From the human T2T-CHM13v2.0 reference genome, Homo sapiens, in assembly GCF_009914755.1 (NCBI RefSeq), contig NC_060930.1: 64,000 nt of DNA; one strand, written 5' to 3'. Position numbers and translations under genes: made by a program. Below are positions 59,193 through 64,000 of this stretch, in pieces. Under the pieces are notes generated by a model that saw only the letters and a program-made list of their open reading frames with translations, searched no databases and was not told the origin of the DNA. How positions within the stretch are numbered: position 1 is the stretch's first letter; the number at the start of each line of letters is the position of its first letter.

Positions 59193-60950
59193 TTAATTTA
59201 TTCCCATTTATTAAAGCTACTTTCTGGGACTTGAAAATGCTTTCTAAATGTTCATTCCATTTTTACATTTGCAATCCACTCCATTCAACACGTCTTACTG
59301 CAGATTGAATTGCTTGCTAAATTTGAAAGAGATCAATAAATAGCAGCAAAAACTACAGGAGGTCATTTATTTTTTTTTATTATTAACAGGCCTAATAAAT
59401 CTGAGCCTATTTTCTTCAAATAAATCAGCTGGAAATAAAAAATTGCTTTTGAGTAATTTACAAGGTTAAACCTCAAAATAAAATTTTACTTTCATTCGTG
59501 ACTGGTATTAACATGACAGAGCCTCAACAGAGCTTGCTTAGTACTGAATTTATATCCACCATTTGCACAAATATCTTTTGCATAGCTGTATGCAAGGAAG
59601 TGAATAGATCTGAAACGTAACAGACTGAGACTACAAACACAGTGAATAGGCAGAAGTCCTCTGTATTTAAAGGGTTTGGGGAACATATGATAATTCTGAT
59701 TTTTACACAACATTTCTCCAGGAACGTTTCATTTTGAAAATGACCTGGATCCCACAGAATTTACAGTGGCTACTTTAAGGCAGGAGGAAGGTGCCTGTAA
59801 CTTCCAAGGCTGATTTGATTTGAGTTCATCTAGACAAGGGGTGATATTGCTTTGGCTACAGCCCAGAGCATAATTTTCCCTTTGGTGAGCTGCGGTGGTT
59901 GTGAACAGAGATTAATTGGCTGATTAGAATTTCAAAGGGCACTGATAACAGTGGTGAAGAGAAGGAAGTGACAGGAGAAGTTCAAGTCCATTAAAACACT
60001 TCACAGTGACTGAGTCTTTCTCCCATTCTGCAAGATTCCTTTCCGTGCGGGTCACTTAGCCTGTTCTTTACTTCTCACTCTTCCTCGTAGTAGCCTTCTT
60101 TATGTTTCCCTTTACCTCCTTTCTTCAGCCTCTTCCTTTGCATCTTTTTTCACTACCCATAAAATAAAACTGAAAAACATTCCTCTCTTCCTTTATAAAG
60201 TTTTATTTTCCCTCTTCTTAAATTCAAAAGCAAGGTGAACTTCTTCTCCCCTTCTAACCTATGGTCTCCCTGGTCAATGTGTGGGGCACCTTTGCTTTTC
60301 CTCCTTCACATTAAGGGGCCACAATATCAAATGTATTCCCATGCAATGGAGCCCCTTAGGTAGCTGAGGAATAGTGTGAATTTGTTTGGGCAGATAAATC
60401 AACAATTAGGATGTTTCCCAGACACAATCCCTATCTATGTCTTTAATACCATAGCCACAGAAAAATATTTCACACATTTTCCTTCTTGCCTTAATTAAAA
60501 CTATTTAGGCAAGTGAATGAAGCGATTCCTGAGGTGGGGAAGGTGCTAGCACAGAGGCTGGAGGTACTCCTCTCTCTGCAGGCTCCTAAGCTGGAAAGGA
60601 GATTGGGGCTGCACCCTCAGGAAGAGACACCGAGATCATTCAATGCCCTGTGCACTTCAAATCGCTTCTGCCCCATAGAGCTGCTGAGATTTTGCACCAA
60701 GAAGTGAACTACATAAGCCTCTGACTTCCAGAAAGATTTGCAACTTGTTTGTCAAGTTAGTACTGAAAACATTACGGTTATGACTACATACATAATACAC
60801 ATAAGGAAATGTTGAATAATTGCATAATAATTCTCCACATAAGGAAATGTTGAATAATTACATTGAATCATTTTACTACCATTATCTTATAAATTTGATT
60901 ATTGCAAAGGGTTTTGTGTTTTAGGTTTTTTCCCCCTCCTTCCCCTTCGA

Positions 60951-60974
60951 TCTCTCTCTCTCTCTCTCTCTCTC
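60951..60974. repeat. (TC)12 microsatellite
   Basis: Read directly from the sequence. Confidence 0.95.
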
Positions 60975-61297
60975 AGTCCCTCCAAATATGTTTACTAAGC
61001 AACTCCTAGTAAACAAGGGAATGGAAACTTCTCTTATCATTACATCACAGGGCTGGGGGCTTCTGTTTCTGACTGTGTCTTAGTTACACCTACCGGACCT
61101 CTTGGTTCCTCCTCTCCTTATTTATATAATGAGGATAATAGTACTTCGCATGCAAACTGAGTCTCAGATGGACAGTAACTAAATGTTATTAAATATGGTC
61201 ATCATCCTGAAACATTCTGGGCACGGCCAAGGCAAACAAAGGATGATGCTGAGAACTCTCTTAAAAAAGACCCAAGAATTGAAAATGTTCCTGGAGA

Positions 61298-61530
61298 GGC
61301 AGCGGAGCATGGTGGATAAGAGCCTAGACAGAGAGAGCCGAGCTGTCTGGATTTGAATGCCAGTCCTGCCTCTAACTAACTAGGTGGGCCTCCAATCTCA
61401 GTTTCCCCAAATGTGAAATATAGTTATATCTGTGACCCCCCTCAGAGGCCTGTAACTAGGATTACATGAGTTAATATTTATAAAGTTCTTAGAACAGTGC
61501 TTTGAATATCAAAGTGCTGTGTAAATAAAA
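61298..61530 (+). mobile_element. MIR
   Basis: ggcagcggagcatggtggataagagcctagac...ctcagtttccccaaatgtgaaat. Confidence 0.75.
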
Positions 61531-62173
61531 ATTTCACATTTCAGATTATGCTGGAATCAAGTCACTGCTTTGTCTGAAAAGATGCAGTCATGATTGTTGT
61601 CACTCATAAGCGAGACTGAGTTCAACCAAGAGGCTTCCGCTGATGTGGGTTACAAGTGACCACATGACAGAGGACACAGCAATCCATTGACTGTTTGTCT
61701 TTAAACTATGTTGCTTCTCTGCCTCCTAACAATGTTCGCTCATGTAACCCACCCATTTTAAATGTGATGTCTCAGATTCTATTATAACTTCATGTGAGTT
61801 TATTTTTTTAACTAGAGGGTAGAATATATGCAATGAGATAAAACAAGGAGTGACTAATTGCAGGACATAGCTCATGACTCAATTTCAAAAAAATAGACTT
61901 AGCCTACTTTATTCAATAAAGCATGACCAAGCTCAAAGAAATGACATAAAATGCTGATGTGTAGATTTATCAATTATATCACCAAAAACTTTGGTAGACC
62001 CACAAAACATTCTTGTTGCATTTGAAAAGATCAGCCTCAATAATCTATACTGCTTTGGCTCTTTGGAATTGAGAACATCCATATCTCTATATATGTATAA
62101 TCTAAAATATCACTTTACCAGCACCAAGATTTTACAGAATTTTGTATATAACAGAGAAAAATAAAAAGTCTTA

Positions 62174-62461
<288 letters not shown>

Positions 62462-62515
62462 GTAGAAGAAAGCCTTATGTGTTTAGGTTGCCTTGATGCC
62501 TTGATGAATCATTAG

Positions 62516-62893
<378 letters not shown>

Positions 62894-63508
62894 TAGTAAT
62901 ATTGGGAATGAGTAATGAGATGGGAGATGGGTATAGTTTTATTTTTTATAAATTGATAGAAAAAATTTTGCGTAAATGTTTTCTAAGCAATTATGAACCA
63001 ACTTTTCCTGAAAGTAGATCATCTTAGGAAAAAATAGTTATGGAAGTTGAGAACATCGACACTGATTCCTTCCCAAAAAATCTGGGCCTTTGTATAGGTG
63101 ACCCATCGTGGCTCCACAGCTTCCTTCTTGCAGACAGATGTGGGAGAAGTGGTTCCCAAGGACCGCTGGGATGGTTAGTGGAAGTGAGTAGGAAGAAATA
63201 TTATGGTTTCCTATTACAGGTGAAGATAGAACAAACTGGGAGGCAAACAGAGCAAGAGGAGCCCCTGGTTATGGGTGGAAAGAAGTCCTGTGATTGTCTT
63301 AAGCATTGGAGTGGCTATTGTTAACGCAACTCCATCACTTCCTTCACCCTGCACACTTCAGATACCAGTTTTAACTGTGTTCCTAATTGCAATACACCAA
63401 AGGTTATGGACAGAGTTACACTTACAGAAGTAATTTATGAAGAATATATATTTAGGTTTTTCATAAATCTAATTCTTTATCATCTGTACTTTACAAATAA
63501 AGATTGAG

Positions 63509-63910
63509 AGTAGATTAAAAAGTGTGGTATATGTACACCATGGAATACTACTCATCCATAAAAAGGAATGAAATAATGTTTTTTTGCAGCAACTTGGATG
63601 GAGCTGAAGGCCATTTTTCTAAGTAAAGTAACTCAGGAATGGAAACCCAAATATCGTATGTTCTCACTTATAAGTGGGAGCTAAGCTATGAGGATGCAAA
63701 GGCATAAGAATGATATAATGGACTTTGGAGACTGAAGGGGAAAGGGTGGGAGGGGAGTGAGGGATAAAAGAAGACACATTGGGTACAGCATACACTGCTC
63801 AGGTGACAGGTGCTCCAGAATACCAGAAATCACCACTAAAGAACTTGTCCATGTAATGAAAAACCGCCTGTACCCCAACAACTATGGAAATTTTTAAAAT
63901 AAAATAAAAA
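63509..63910 (+). mobile_element. 5'-truncated L1PB, 3' end
   Basis: gtgggagctaagctatgaggatgcaaaggcataagaatgatataatggactttgg is the L1PB 3' UTR. TSD aaataaagattga / aaataaaggttga. Confidence 0.9.
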
Positions 63911-64000
63911 TAAAGGTTGAATTGCTAGATAACAACCCAGTGAGGCTGTTACTGTCTTTCTGGTCTTTCTCCAAAAAATGAGAAATCTATAAATATTCAG

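Overview
Great-ape (human-like) non-coding genomic DNA, intronic or intergenic. I could not name the locus and recognise no protein-coding exon, RNA gene, CRISPR array or prokaryotic system. A large part of the window is transposon-derived: about 30 Alu elements or fragments, one full-length SVA (16151-17946), three L1 pieces, several MaLR/ERV solo LTRs, MIR and L2 relics, and hAT/Tigger MITEs. Most of the supplied ORFs are chance frames or read through repeats. I found no evidence of a new multi-gene system. The best sequence-level observations are: (1) an Alu whose 5' two-thirds is inverted inside a single target-site duplication (TSD), a twin-priming-like geometry that is rare for Alu; (2) a classic twin-primed L1 inserted in a THE1 LTR; (3) an SVA sitting between two convergent CTCF-like motifs that share an identical 14-bp core; (4) a 275-codon ATG-initiated ORF, mostly in unique DNA, with a strong Kozak context and an NLS-like stretch; (5) several candidate enhancers and non-B-DNA or hairpin elements. 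Repeat subfamily calls come from remembered consensus sequences and need RepeatMasker/Dfam confirmation.
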